Source: an uncultured Planctomycetia bacterium
Lineage (GTDB): Bacteria; Omnitrophota; Gorgyraeia; 2-01-FULL-45-10
DNA: 64,000 nucleotides
Direction of reading: 5' to 3'
Assembly: GCA_964433975.1 (NCBI GenBank)
Contig: CAYSSS010000001.1
Coordinates: 78,257-142,256, forward strand
A program made the translations under genes and the position numbers. Of this stretch, positions 36,232 through 46,277 are shown in pieces. The number at the start of each line of letters is the position of its first letter. Positions within the stretch are counted from its first letter, which is position 1. The notes under the pieces are model-generated. The model made no database searches. It worked only from the letters and a program-made list of their open reading frames with translations, and was not told the origin of the DNA.

Positions 36232-38075
36232 TCTTGGCAGTGATATCTGACATGGAGCAATATTGGTTATTGGCGGATGCGGTCCCCGACATAAAACAAG
36301 TGCGCATCTTGTGTGATAACCCGGGAATCCATGATTTTTTGGAGGAAAAGAGAATATCATTTGATGCTTTAGATGAAGAGATATTGCGGAAAGAATGGAA
36401 TTCTATAAATATGTGGGCTTGCGAAAAGGCGCTCCTATTTGATCTTTCGGCCGGCGACAGGTCTATTCTGAATGGCATAGAGCTTAACAAAGCCTTGAAC
36501 GCCTATTTTTCCTTTTATCTGGTCAGTTTTTTGAAAAATTATCTTTTTTCGATATACGTAATAGACCGGTATAAGCCGAGCGAAATGTTTATATTCGAGA
36601 ATATCCATTGTCCGCCATTCCCCGCTTTTAATGGAAATTATTTTTTAAATAGTTTCCTGAAAGGACTAGCCCAAAAGAACGGCATCAAGGTGAACCAGCT
36701 AAAGTGCGGTACGCGCAAAGAAGAGAAGGCGTCCATGAAAGACCGCCTCAGAGTATTATTGCAGAAATCCTATGGTGGATTACCGGTTGCGGTAGATAAG
36801 AAAAAGATACTTATTGCATGCGGAGATGCAGGCCATCTGGGCCCGGTTCTTAAAAAACTTAAATATAAGGAGAAAGATATATTTGTTTATAATGATGAAT
36901 TTCGTTTTGGCCAGCTCAAATCCTGCTTAAAGGAAAAGATGCACTATGTGATTTCCGATTCTTTCCTCAAAAAAAGCCGGCAAGTAGAAGACGGCCCTGA
37001 TCACAAGAAAGAGTTTACGGACATGATAAAGCATTTATGCGGCGATAAATGGTTCACCTACGAAGGATATGATTTAAATCGCCGTATAGAAAATGCCATC
37101 CTGGATAACATAAATCCATATATCGACAATGTCCGCCAATGGACACGGATATATTCTGAAATGGTAAATAAATTGGATGTCTGTGGGGTCATCATGAACC
37201 AGGACGAGATGCCGGACAGGGCGTTCATGGCAGCCTTTTTCAAGTCCCGGAAAATCCCCGTATTCTGTATTTCACACGGTTACGGCACCGTACGGTTTTC
37301 TTTACCTATTTCAAATCGACGCTTTGACCTTTCGTATACATTTCTGCATTCCGAGCTTGAAAAACATGTCTTTACATCCAGGGGCTGGGATGAAAAAAAT
37401 ATAAGGGTCATGGGTATACCCAGGTATGACAGGCTAATGAAACTAATGGATGAAAAAAACAGGAATAAAACAAAACCGGAAAGAATGAGGATCCTGTATT
37501 CCGGTGGAATGATGCCTTATTATACTCCCTCCGTACCCTCATGGATAGGTGTATGCAAATATTCATTTGGAACTACGATGAGGAGGGATTTGAAGTTTGT
37601 AATGAAGGCATTAGAAGGCTATCCGGTTGAACTTGTAATAAAACCGCGTTATCTTGTAGATGAGGGCCCGCTGGCAGATTTTGTTATGAAGCATAAGGGC
37701 AAAAGCAATGTCACCATAGCAAAAGCTAAAACGGATTTTTTTAAACTTTTATCGGGCTGTCAGGCCATATTTTTGGCGCACTGGTCGACCGCGGTCATGG
37801 AAGGGATCATCGCACGGATTCCCACGGTCGTCTTGAATTACAACGGGATAGAAGATGATTTTCCGTTCGCCGATCACGACCTGTGCACCGTTACCCGGGA
37901 TCCGCGTGAACTCAAAGATATAATAGCGGAAATATATTCGGCTTTTATTTCCGGCAAAAAGTCCGCTCATGCACCTGTTTTTGGCAAGGACAAGGCGTTC
38001 TATACGGGCATTAATGACAGCCTGAATACTGAAAGAGTGACGGACTGTATAATGGAGACGATTGGGGCAAGATGA
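36228..38075 (+). CDS. Hypothetical protein. Possible TagF/Capsule_synth-like (CDP/CMP-activated donor) transferase. Paralog of 39550-40836.
   Basis: 615 aa with no TM helices. The C-terminal region ...RILYSGGMMPYYTPS...ELVIKPRY parallels KILYICPNLE...LLIKPHPRY in the 39550 protein. Both resemble the ...LYAPT.R ... K.HP pattern of glycerophosphotransferase/KpsS-type enzymes. Confidence 0.3.
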   Translation: MILAVISDMEQYWLLADAVPDIKQVRILCDNPGIHDFLEEKRISFDALDEEILRKEWNSINMWACEKALLFDLSAGDRSILNGIELNKALNAYFSFYLVSFLKNYLFSIYVIDRYKPSEMFIFENIHCPPFPAFNGNYFLNSFLKGLAQKNGIKVNQLKCGTRKEEKASMKDRLRVLLQKSYGGLPVAVDKKKILIACGDAGHLGPVLKKLKYKEKDIFVYNDEFRFGQLKSCLKEKMHYVISDSFLKKSRQVEDGPDHKKEFTDMIKHLCGDKWFTYEGYDLNRRIENAILDNINPYIDNVRQWTRIYSEMVNKLDVCGVIMNQDEMPDRAFMAAFFKSRKIPVFCISHGYGTVRFSLPISNRRFDLSYTFLHSELEKHVFTSRGWDEKNIRVMGIPRYDRLMKLMDEKNRNKTKPERMRILYSGGMMPYYTPSVPSWIGVCKYSFGTTMRRDLKFVMKALEGYPVELVIKPRYLVDEGPLADFVMKHKGKSNVTIAKAKTDFFKLLSGCQAIFLAHWSTAVMEGIIARIPTVVLNYNGIEDDFPFADHDLCTVTRDPRELKDIIAEIYSAFISGKKSAHAPVFGKDKAFYTGINDSLNTERVTDCIMETIGAR

Positions 38076-39553
38076 CGCATAAGAAAAGGATAATAAAAGA
38101 CAGCTTCAATCTCACCTCTGCGCGATATGCGTCGCAGTTCATAGGTTTTTTTACTTCGATAGCCATGAAGAGATTCCTCGGCCCGTTTTATACGGGAATC
38201 TGGAGCCTGTTAAATATAATATCGGATAACGCCTCTTACTTATTATTGGGTATTGGCGAAGGAGTGTGCTACAAGATTCCGTTTTTGTTGGGAGAAAAAA
38301 AAGAACAGGAGGCGGAAGAGGTAAAGGACGTAGCTTTTAATTTTGTATTCGCGGTGTCATGCCTGACAAGCCTCGCGGTGCTGGTTGCGGCCGTAATATT
38401 ACGCCACAGATATCCTGTCGAAGTCATCGTGGGTCTTTGCGCCGTTTCCCTTTATATGCTGGTAGACAGGATATGCGGTTATTACATGACGCTTTTAAGG
38501 GCCAGGAAGAATTTTTCAGTATTAAGCCTTTCCATTATATTCGACGCCGTGGTCAATCTCTGCCTTGTCATATTGCTGGTAAAGAATTTCAGGATATACG
38601 GCCTCTACGCCGCACTGATAATACTGACCGTACTCAATGTAATCTTCGTGCACCTTTTTGTGCGCTACAGGCTTTGTTTTAATTTCAAGTTTAAAGGCGC
38701 CGGCGGCCTAATCAAGATCGGTTTTCCGTTGTCCTTTTTGGGTTTCCTGCAGGGTGTGGCGCCAATCCTGGATACGATAATGATAACAAAGATGATAGGC
38801 GTGACTTTCGTGGGGTATTACAGCGTATCGGTCATGACAAAAAATTATATATCCCAGCTCTCAAGCTTCGGCACCGTGTTATATCCCTGGCTACTGGAGA
38901 CTTTTGGCAGAAATCAGAGTATTGAAGACATAAAGAAGTACGCTATTATACCTCCGAAGGTCAATGCGTACCTGCTCCCGTTGTTATTGGGCTGGATATT
39001 CTTTATCGTGCCCGTTTTGATAAAGGCGGTGTTGCCTAAGTTCATACCCGGAATCCTTGCGATACAGATCCTTCTGATCGACATGTTTTTCCGCTCATGC
39101 TACCCCCAGGCCATGCATTTTCTTATTGCGTTAAAGAAGCAGACGAAGATGATGACGATCATGATACTGTCGATCATTTTGACGGCATTATTAAATTATG
39201 CGCTGATAAAGGCGGGGTACGGGATATACGGCGTAGCTTGCGCTGCGTCGGCGGTCTCTTTTATCATGTTCTTTTTAATGCAGACATATGCGATGCGCCA
39301 TTTTGCCGGCGGGAGGGAAATCGCCTTGTTTTTCTTAGAAGTAATAGCGCCTTTTTTATATACCACCCTGTTCGTATTGTTGATAGAGAATTTTATAAGG
39401 CTTCCCAATATGTATGTCAATGCCGCGGTTAAATGCTTCACTCTGTTTATCTTCTCAATACCGCTGCTTATATATATTGATAGCCGGACACAAGTTGTGC
39501 GCCTCGTGCTTGATATGGTAAAAGGCGCCATTTTGCGAAAGGCCGATCGATGA
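38072..39553 (+). CDS. Wzx-like oligosaccharide flippase (MOP superfamily polysaccharide biosynthesis protein).
   Basis: 493 aa with about 12-14 TM helices. The N-terminal region ...SFNLTSARYASQFIGFFTSIAMKRFLGPFYTGIW is typical of Wzx/PST family members. Confidence 0.6.
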   Translation: MTHKKRIIKDSFNLTSARYASQFIGFFTSIAMKRFLGPFYTGIWSLLNIISDNASYLLLGIGEGVCYKIPFLLGEKKEQEAEEVKDVAFNFVFAVSCLTSLAVLVAAVILRHRYPVEVIVGLCAVSLYMLVDRICGYYMTLLRARKNFSVLSLSIIFDAVVNLCLVILLVKNFRIYGLYAALIILTVLNVIFVHLFVRYRLCFNFKFKGAGGLIKIGFPLSFLGFLQGVAPILDTIMITKMIGVTFVGYYSVSVMTKNYISQLSSFGTVLYPWLLETFGRNQSIEDIKKYAIIPPKVNAYLLPLLLGWIFFIVPVLIKAVLPKFIPGILAIQILLIDMFFRSCYPQAMHFLIALKKQTKMMTIMILSIILTALLNYALIKAGYGIYGVACAASAVSFIMFFLMQTYAMRHFAGGREIALFFLEVIAPFLYTTLFVLLIENFIRLPNMYVNAAVKCFTLFIFSIPLLIYIDSRTQVVRLVLDMVKGAILRKADR

Positions 39554-40836
39554 AAGATGCGCCGCGATATGATGTGATTTTTTGGGGCCATATAAGCAAT
39601 GGAATCGAGAGGTGTCTCCCCTTGATGGTTAGTTTAAAAGAGAAGGGCCTGAAGCCGCTTTTGTTTTATCAAAATTATAATTTTAGAGACGGGCTCTCCG
39701 GGTTGCAGATCAGGATCGTCCAGGCATACGGCCTTGATGTCATGGATTATTCCCATTTCCTTAAACGCGACCTACTATTAAGAATCATAACTTTTTTTGT
39801 TAATATGTTCAAGCACACGGCCAGATGCATGTTTTTTTATAACAAGTTCATAGGGCTCCGCTCAAAATTACTGCAATTGCGTATTAATGAGGGTTTTATA
39901 GGGCGGATGCTCGGCGAATTAAGGCCGAGGATCGGTTTTTTTGATAATATTTCATTGATAGAATACTGCGCGTATCCTTATGGCAGCTACTATATAAAAA
40001 AAGTATCGGATAAAATGGGTATTAAGAGTTTTGATATCTTTAACGGCATGCCCAATCATCCGCTTAAACTTGAGAGAAAGTACATAGATTTTGACAGGTA
40101 TTATGTCCCGCATGAATATGAGAGGCAAAAATACTATGCCGAGCACATCGAAAGAGACGCACCTATACTTGTATTTGGAGATCCGCGTTTTGACACAAAC
40201 TGGAAGGAAAATATCAAAAGAATTTTCTCGGAAGATATCAGGGCCGGAATAAAACGGCTCGGCATCGGGTCCAAGAGAAAAATATTGTATATATGCCCGA
40301 ACCTTGAATGCATCGGGGGTGATTCCGAAAAATACAGGAATATCGCGGATGTTGCAAGGGCGGCGAAAGCATTAGGCAATACGGCGCTGCTTATCAAGCC
40401 CCACCCCAGATACCGCTATGAAGAGAAGATAAGGCTTGTTATGAAGAAGAATAGTTTTAAAGATTTCTTTATTTTAGAAGATGACCCGCTGATATGTTAT
40501 TTGGAGCACGTGGATTTTATAGTATCGTTGGCAACGGCCGCGTTCTTTGACCTTCTGCCGGAAGGCCATAAAAAGATAGTCATATATGACAGAGGCGATT
40601 TTTGCCAATCCACGACTCTTATAAATATATTCAAGGAGGGTTTTAATTATTTTACTGGATATGACGACTTCCTGGCTTTTTTGAACGGAAAGAACGCGGC
40701 AGGAAGCGCGCATCCGGATATTGAGGGATTCTGCAGACAATGGATAGCCGGCGGAAACGGGCTTGATACCGTGGTGGAAAACATGTCAAGCGATATTTTG
40801 AACGAGTTCGATAAATTGAGAAAGGGGCAAATATGA
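39550..40836 (+). CDS. Hypothetical protein. Possible TagF/Capsule_synth-like transferase with a K-P-H-P motif. Paralog of 36228-38075.
   Basis: 428 aa, soluble. It has LLIKPHPRY and ILVFGDPRFD motifs. I cannot confirm the family assignment. Confidence 0.3.
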   Translation: MKDAPRYDVIFWGHISNGIERCLPLMVSLKEKGLKPLLFYQNYNFRDGLSGLQIRIVQAYGLDVMDYSHFLKRDLLLRIITFFVNMFKHTARCMFFYNKFIGLRSKLLQLRINEGFIGRMLGELRPRIGFFDNISLIEYCAYPYGSYYIKKVSDKMGIKSFDIFNGMPNHPLKLERKYIDFDRYYVPHEYERQKYYAEHIERDAPILVFGDPRFDTNWKENIKRIFSEDIRAGIKRLGIGSKRKILYICPNLECIGGDSEKYRNIADVARAAKALGNTALLIKPHPRYRYEEKIRLVMKKNSFKDFFILEDDPLICYLEHVDFIVSLATAAFFDLLPEGHKKIVIYDRGDFCQSTTLINIFKEGFNYFTGYDDFLAFLNGKNAAGSAHPDIEGFCRQWIAGGNGLDTVVENMSSDILNEFDKLRKGQI

Positions 40837-41594
40837 ATTTAAAAAAGAAGCTTGCGGAAGGCAGCATGACGATTGGATCATGGATTACCCTGGGCGACTA
40901 TGCTGCGACGGAGATCATGGCAAAGGCCGGTTTCGACTGGCTTGTTATAGATATGGAGCACAGCGCTATAGAGCTGGAGCGGGCGCAGAATCTCATCAGG
41001 ATAATAGAGTTAAGCGGATGCGTGCCACTGGTCCGGGTTTCTGAAAACAACGCCAACATTATTAAGAGGGTTATGGATGCGGGTTCGCACGGAGTGATTG
41101 TACCTATGGTTAACAACAGAGAGGATGCGTTACGCGCGGTAAGCGCGGTAAAATATCCGCCCAGGGGGACGAGAGGCGTAGGGCTCGGCCGCGCCCAGAA
41201 TTACGGCCTGGACTTCGAAAAATATAACAGGTGGCAGGAGAAGAGCTCCGTAGTCATCGTCCAAATAGAGCATATAGATGCTGTAAATAATCTGGAGGAG
41301 ATACTCGAAGTAGAAGGTGTCGACGGTTTCATGATCGGCCCGTACGATCTGTCCGCTTCTTTAGGGAGGCCGGGCGGGTTTGGCCACACGGACTTTAAAA
41401 AGGCGCTTGCCAAGGTCACTGCCGTTTCCAGGCGCATCGACAAAGCCCGCGGCATTCATGTTGTCCAGCCCGACAGTATTGAGGTTGATAGAAGGATAAA
41501 GGAAGGATATAATTTCATCGTATTCAGCTTTGACGCGCTTTTTTTGGGCAGCTGCTGCGCAGACAAGCTTTCAAGGGTAAGGAGAAGAAAATAA
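40833..41594 (+). CDS. HpcH/HpaI-family class II pyruvate aldolase.
   Basis: GSWITLGDYAATEIMAKAGFDWLVIDMEHSAIE...VRV..........GSHGVIVPMV...ED.......KYPPRG.RG matches the HpcH/HpaI aldolase core. 253 aa. Confidence 0.75.
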   Translation: MNLKKKLAEGSMTIGSWITLGDYAATEIMAKAGFDWLVIDMEHSAIELERAQNLIRIIELSGCVPLVRVSENNANIIKRVMDAGSHGVIVPMVNNREDALRAVSAVKYPPRGTRGVGLGRAQNYGLDFEKYNRWQEKSSVVIVQIEHIDAVNNLEEILEVEGVDGFMIGPYDLSASLGRPGGFGHTDFKKALAKVTAVSRRIDKARGIHVVQPDSIEVDRRIKEGYNFIVFSFDALFLGSCCADKLSRVRRRK

Positions 41595-43090
41595 TGAAGG
41601 GTAGCGACTTTAAGGTATTGTTTATATATCCCAATGCAATGATGGCAACGCTCGTGCCGCTCAGCATATCATCGCTTTACGCGAGTCTTAAATCGAAAGG
41701 TTTCAATACGGATATATTTGATACCACGTATTACAAGACCGAAGATATAAGCTTTGAGCAGAGGAAGGTGGACCTTCTGATGGTAAAGCCGTTCAGTTTT
41801 AATGACCAGGGTATCAAAATAAAGGAAAATGATATCTATAAGGACCTCGCCAAGAAGGTCTCCGAGTATAGGCCTGATCTTATAGCTATTACGATAGTAC
41901 AGGACATGCAGGAGCTTTCCCAGTCGTTATTGGAAAGCATAAAGGATTTTGATATACCGGTTGTGGCCGGAGGGGTATTTGTGAGCCTTTCGCCGGAAGA
42001 GGTTATCGCTGATGAGAACATAGATATTATATGTATCGGAGAAGGCGAGGAGCCTTTGACGGAGCTTTGCAAAAAGATGTCAAAGGGCGAGGACTATTCC
42101 GGGATAAAGAACCTGTGGGTTAAGCAGCAAGGCAGGCTTATAAAGAATAGCTTAAGGCCCCTCATGGATATAAACAAGCTACCATTCATAGATTATGATA
42201 TATTCGACAAGGATCGCCTTTACAGGCCGATGTTCGGCAAGGTCTACACCATGATACACGTGGAACTGGACCGGGGATGCCCATACACGTGCACCTTTTG
42301 CTGCGCTCCGGCCCTGAAAGAGGTGTACCGCAGAAATAATTGCGGACAGTATTACCGACGCAAGTCCGTTGACCGGATAATGGCTGAGATGAGGCACCTT
42401 GTAAAAAAATACAAGCCCGATTATGTAAATTTCAATTCCGAGACGTTCCTGGCGAAGCCTATGTCGGAGCTTAGGGAGTTCGCCAAAAGATATAAGAAGA
42501 TAGCTGTGCCTTTCTGGTGCCAGACGCGACCTGAAACCGTGACCGAAGAGAAGATAAAATTATTAAAAGAGATGAACTGTAATAGCTTGCAATTCGGCAT
42601 AGAGGTAGGCAACGAAGAATTCAGGAACAGGGTCCTCAACCGCAAAGACACCAACAAGCAGATGCTGAAGGCCTTCAAGCTGGTAGAGAAGTATAAAATA
42701 CCATATACCGCGAACAATATAATAGGGTTCCCGGACGAGACGAGAGACCTGATCTTTGAGACGATAGAATTTAATCGTAAGATTAATCCGCGCACGATGA
42801 ACTGTAATATAATGGCGCCGTATAAAGGCACCACGATATACAAATGTTGCATGGACAAAGGATACCTTGACAAGGACAGCAAGGTGCACCAGGTAATAGA
42901 CGGGGCGGAGCTAAATATGGATTCCATAAGTTATAAGGAATTAAAGGGGCTTCAGAGAACGTTCGCGTTATACGCAAGATCCCCTAAAACAGAATGGCCG
43001 AAGATCAAGATAGCAGAAAATTTTGACGAGGAGGGCAATCGCATGTTCGAGGAATTAAAACAGGCATATCAGAAGAAATACTTTTCATGA
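41594..43090 (+). CDS. B12-binding-domain radical SAM enzyme.
   Basis: N-terminus MKGSDFKVLFIYPNAMMATLVPLSISSLYASLKSKGF (B12-binding domain). CxxxCxxC at LDRGCPYTCTFCCA. 498 aa. Confidence 0.8.
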   Translation: MKGSDFKVLFIYPNAMMATLVPLSISSLYASLKSKGFNTDIFDTTYYKTEDISFEQRKVDLLMVKPFSFNDQGIKIKENDIYKDLAKKVSEYRPDLIAITIVQDMQELSQSLLESIKDFDIPVVAGGVFVSLSPEEVIADENIDIICIGEGEEPLTELCKKMSKGEDYSGIKNLWVKQQGRLIKNSLRPLMDINKLPFIDYDIFDKDRLYRPMFGKVYTMIHVELDRGCPYTCTFCCAPALKEVYRRNNCGQYYRRKSVDRIMAEMRHLVKKYKPDYVNFNSETFLAKPMSELREFAKRYKKIAVPFWCQTRPETVTEEKIKLLKEMNCNSLQFGIEVGNEEFRNRVLNRKDTNKQMLKAFKLVEKYKIPYTANNIIGFPDETRDLIFETIEFNRKINPRTMNCNIMAPYKGTTIYKCCMDKGYLDKDSKVHQVIDGAELNMDSISYKELKGLQRTFALYARSPKTEWPKIKIAENFDEEGNRMFEELKQAYQKKYFS

Positions 43091-43824
43091 CCATGAAATT
43101 CAACGCAGAATCTTTAAAAAACAGGCTTAAATCTTATTTGTCGGACGTGATAAAAAAGATAAGGATAATCCACAGGCTGGATTATGATAAATATCCCATA
43201 TATCTGCATGACAATATAAGGTTGGGCGCCTGCGGGAAAGAACCGGATACGGTAAAATGGATAGAAAGTTTTGATAAAAGCGATACAGCCTTTGACATAG
43301 GCGCCAACATAGGCGCGTATTCGTTGATAATGGGGAAATATGCGAAGATGGTTTTTGCCTTTGAGCCATCAGTATTTACATTCAGTACTCTGGTTAAAAA
43401 CATATATACAAATACAGCTTCGAATGTCATGCCGGTCAACATGGCGTTATCGGAACGTAAAAAAATAGGGGAATTTGCTTATTCATCAATTGATTTAGGA
43501 AGTTCCGTGCATGGTTTAGACGTGAAATTAGAAAAAGAGGCGCATAGACAAAAAATCTTATCCTATAGCATAGACGATTTTATTACCGATTTTGGCATAG
43601 AGAGCCCAAATCATATTAAACTTGATGTCGATGGCAATGAATTTGACATATTAAAAGGCGCGGCCAAAACCATCTCAACCAAGGCCTTTAAGTCTTTAAT
43701 GGTAGAAGCGGATGACAAGAGAAAAGATATGTTCGATTTTCTAGAGTCGCTAGGTCTTAAGCAGAAAGCCAAATATCATATCGGCGACGCGGGCATGTAT
43801 AACTGTCTTTTTGTAAGGGGATGA
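43087..43824 (+). CDS. FkbM-family SAM-dependent methyltransferase. Paralog of 25808-26539.
   Basis: AFDIGANIGAYSLIMGKYAK motif. The N-terminus (NAESLKNRLKSYLSDVIKKIRI) parallels the 25808 protein. Confidence 0.75.
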   Translation: MTMKFNAESLKNRLKSYLSDVIKKIRIIHRLDYDKYPIYLHDNIRLGACGKEPDTVKWIESFDKSDTAFDIGANIGAYSLIMGKYAKMVFAFEPSVFTFSTLVKNIYTNTASNVMPVNMALSERKKIGEFAYSSIDLGSSVHGLDVKLEKEAHRQKILSYSIDDFITDFGIESPNHIKLDVDGNEFDILKGAAKTISTKAFKSLMVEADDKRKDMFDFLESLGLKQKAKYHIGDAGMYNCLFVRG

Positions 43825-43828
43825 CATT

Positions 43829-44596
43829 ATGAGGATCATAGGTATTGTACCTGCAAGGATGGCATCGACGAGATTTCCGGGCAAACCGCTTGCCAAAATA
43901 CTCGGCAAGCCCATGATAGAGCATGTCTATTCGAGGAGCATGCTTTGCAAAAAATTGAACTTTGTTTACATAGCTACTCCGGATAAAGAAATACAAGACT
44001 ACTGCAAAAATAACAATATGAATGTTGTAATGACTCGCGATACCCACGAGAGGGCATCGGACAGGGCTGCCGAGGCAGTGCTCAAGATAGAAAAAAAAAG
44101 CGGAAAAAAAATAGAAATAGTCGTCATGATACAGGGCGACGAGCCGATGCTGCAGTATGAGATGATAGATAGGGTTATAAGGCCCATGATAAGCGATAGA
44201 AGTATCAACGCGGTTAATCTGACGGCGCCGCTGAAATCTAAACAGGAGCAGAACGACCCCAACCAGGTCAAAGTAGTCGTGGATAAAAAAGGTTTCGCGC
44301 TCTATTTTTCAAGAGAGCCGATCCCATCGCGGAAGAAGGGCGCCAAGGATGTGCCGATGCAAAGACAGATAGGCCTTATTGCTTTCAGAAGAGATTTTCT
44401 TATAAAGTTCAATGAACTTGCCCCAACACCGCTCGAAAAGATAGAATCAGTTGATATGCTCAGGATATTGGAGCACGGGTACAGGCTCAAGATGGTACCC
44501 GGCGCGTTTAATGCCTATGGCGTGGACACACCGCAAGACTTAAAAAAAGTGGAGCGATTGATGAAAGCTGAGGTGAGAAGCAATGCGCAAAAATAA
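43829..44596 (+). CDS. kdsB: 3-deoxy-manno-octulosonate cytidylyltransferase (CMP-Kdo synthetase family).
   Basis: MRIIGIVPARMASTRFPGKPLAKILGKPMIEHV...IQGDEPM...VKVVVDKKGFALYFSREPIP...GVDTPQDL aligns motif for motif with KdsB. Confidence 0.85.
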   Translation: MRIIGIVPARMASTRFPGKPLAKILGKPMIEHVYSRSMLCKKLNFVYIATPDKEIQDYCKNNNMNVVMTRDTHERASDRAAEAVLKIEKKSGKKIEIVVMIQGDEPMLQYEMIDRVIRPMISDRSINAVNLTAPLKSKQEQNDPNQVKVVVDKKGFALYFSREPIPSRKKGAKDVPMQRQIGLIAFRRDFLIKFNELAPTPLEKIESVDMLRILEHGYRLKMVPGAFNAYGVDTPQDLKKVERLMKAEVRSNAQK

Positions 44597-45635
44597 GATC
44601 TTACGTGTAGGTATAGCGGGATATGGAGTAGTGGGCCAGCGCCGCAGGCAATTTATCGATGCGCACCCAAATTTGCGCACGCAGGCTGTTTGTGACCAAA
44701 AGTTCGGCAAGTCGTATGTTATGCCGGACGGCGTTAAATGCTTCAACAATTACAAGGAACTGCTGGAGGAAGAGCTTGACGTGCTGTTTGTATCCCTGCC
44801 CAATTATTTAGCCGCTGATGTGACCATTGCCGGATTAGAAAAAGGATTGAATGTATTCTGCGAAAAACCTCCGGGCCGGGACGTGGCCGATATAGAGAGA
44901 GTGATAAAAGTTGAAAAGAAGCACCCTCGCCAGGTGTTAAAATACGGGTTTAATCACCGTTATCACTATTCCGTACGTGATGCTTTAAAGATGGCAAGAT
45001 CCGGAGAACTTGGGGAGATCGTTAATCTGCGCGGGGTATACGGCAAAAGCAAGATTCATCATTTTTCCGGCCCCGGAGCCTGGCGCGCGGAGAGAAAATA
45101 CGCGGGCGGAGGCATATTACTTGATCAGGGCATTCATATGGTGGATCTGATGCGGCTATTTTGCGGAGATTTCAAGGAAGTTAAAAGCTTTATATCGAAT
45201 AAACACTGGAACCATGATGTAGAGGATAATGCATATTCTATCATGTGTGATGATAAGGGCCGCATAGCCATGCTGCATTCAAGCGCGACGCAATGGCAGC
45301 ACAAGTTTAATCTGCACATAGCGCTTACTCAAGGTTATCTTGAGCTGCGCGGCATACTTTCAGGTTCTAAAAGTTACGGCGAGGAGAAGCTTGCCATAGG
45401 CAGGCGAATAGATGAGTCAGATGTGGGTAGCTTGCACGAAGAGGTTGTATCTTATTTTGAAGATGACTCTTGGCGTGATGAAATTAATGAGTTCGTGGAT
45501 ATTATAATTAACGGAGGCAGGATAAAGCACGGCGGAAGCGCCGATGCTCTTGAGACCATGAAGCTGGTCTACCGCATATATTACGCCGATCAGAAATGGC
45601 GCAAGAGCTATAATATTGTTGATCCTGATAAATAA
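44583..45635 (+). CDS. Gfo/Idh/MocA-family NAD(P)-dependent oxidoreductase.
   Basis: LRVGIAGYGVVGQRR Rossmann N-terminus, with a C-terminal alpha/beta domain typical of the family. Confidence 0.75.
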   Translation: MRKNKILRVGIAGYGVVGQRRRQFIDAHPNLRTQAVCDQKFGKSYVMPDGVKCFNNYKELLEEELDVLFVSLPNYLAADVTIAGLEKGLNVFCEKPPGRDVADIERVIKVEKKHPRQVLKYGFNHRYHYSVRDALKMARSGELGEIVNLRGVYGKSKIHHFSGPGAWRAERKYAGGGILLDQGIHMVDLMRLFCGDFKEVKSFISNKHWNHDVEDNAYSIMCDDKGRIAMLHSSATQWQHKFNLHIALTQGYLELRGILSGSKSYGEEKLAIGRRIDESDVGSLHEEVVSYFEDDSWRDEINEFVDIIINGGRIKHGGSADALETMKLVYRIYYADQKWRKSYNIVDPDK

Positions 45636-45658
45636 GCAGCAAGAACACGAGGAGAATC

Positions 45659-46270
45659 ATGGAAAATATAGAAAAGATTTTTAAAAACTCAGCAGATATA
45701 CAACAATTTAGCAAAGGTTATTTCAGGTACCTCTGTGGATTGATGAACTGTATCGATACAAAACAGATTGAAAGTGTTGTCAGCGAATTTAGCAAGGCGC
45801 AAAAAAATCGGAATACGGTTTTTTTTATTGGAAACGGCGGTTCGGCATCTACCGCTTCACACATGGCCAATGATTTTGGATTAGGCACGCGAAAGGACGA
45901 GAAGCTGCCTTTTCGCGCCATATCTCTTACCGACAATGTCGCGTCTATGACCGCTATTGCTAATGATTGTAGTTACGACGATATTTTTATCAGACAGCTT
46001 AATCTCTATTTTAAGAAAGGTGATAAGCTGGTGGCTATCTCGGCAAGCGGCAATTCACTAAATGTGGTAAATGCCGCCAATTGGGTCAAGAAACGTGGCG
46101 GAAAGGTCATAGGCCTTGTCGGTTTTGACGGAGGAAAATTAAAAAAGATAAGCGACGTTTGCATACATGTAAAAACACCCAGAGGCGAATACGGCCCCGT
46201 TGAGGACATCCATATGATAATGGATCACCTTATATACACGTGGCTATGGTTTAAAAAACGAAAAGGATAA
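45659..46270 (+). CDS. SIS-domain sugar-phosphate isomerase, GmhA-like (sedoheptulose-7-phosphate isomerase family).
   Basis: FFIGNGGSASTASHMANDF...ISASGNS...VIGLVGFDGGKL...VEDIHMIMDH parallels E. coli GmhA motifs. Confidence 0.75.
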   Translation: MENIEKIFKNSADIQQFSKGYFRYLCGLMNCIDTKQIESVVSEFSKAQKNRNTVFFIGNGGSASTASHMANDFGLGTRKDEKLPFRAISLTDNVASMTAIANDCSYDDIFIRQLNLYFKKGDKLVAISASGNSLNVVNAANWVKKRGGKVIGLVGFDGGKLKKISDVCIHVKTPRGEYGPVEDIHMIMDHLIYTWLWFKKRKG

Positions 46271-46277
46271 AGCCGGG

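Noticed and set aside
44086-44110. An A9 tract followed by an A8 tract inside kdsB, as a second phase-variation site.
   Set aside because: The reading frame through both tracts is intact and encodes a Lys-rich segment (KIEKKSGKKIEI). The tracts are consistent with the overall AT-rich, Lys-rich coding style. There is no evidence of disruption.
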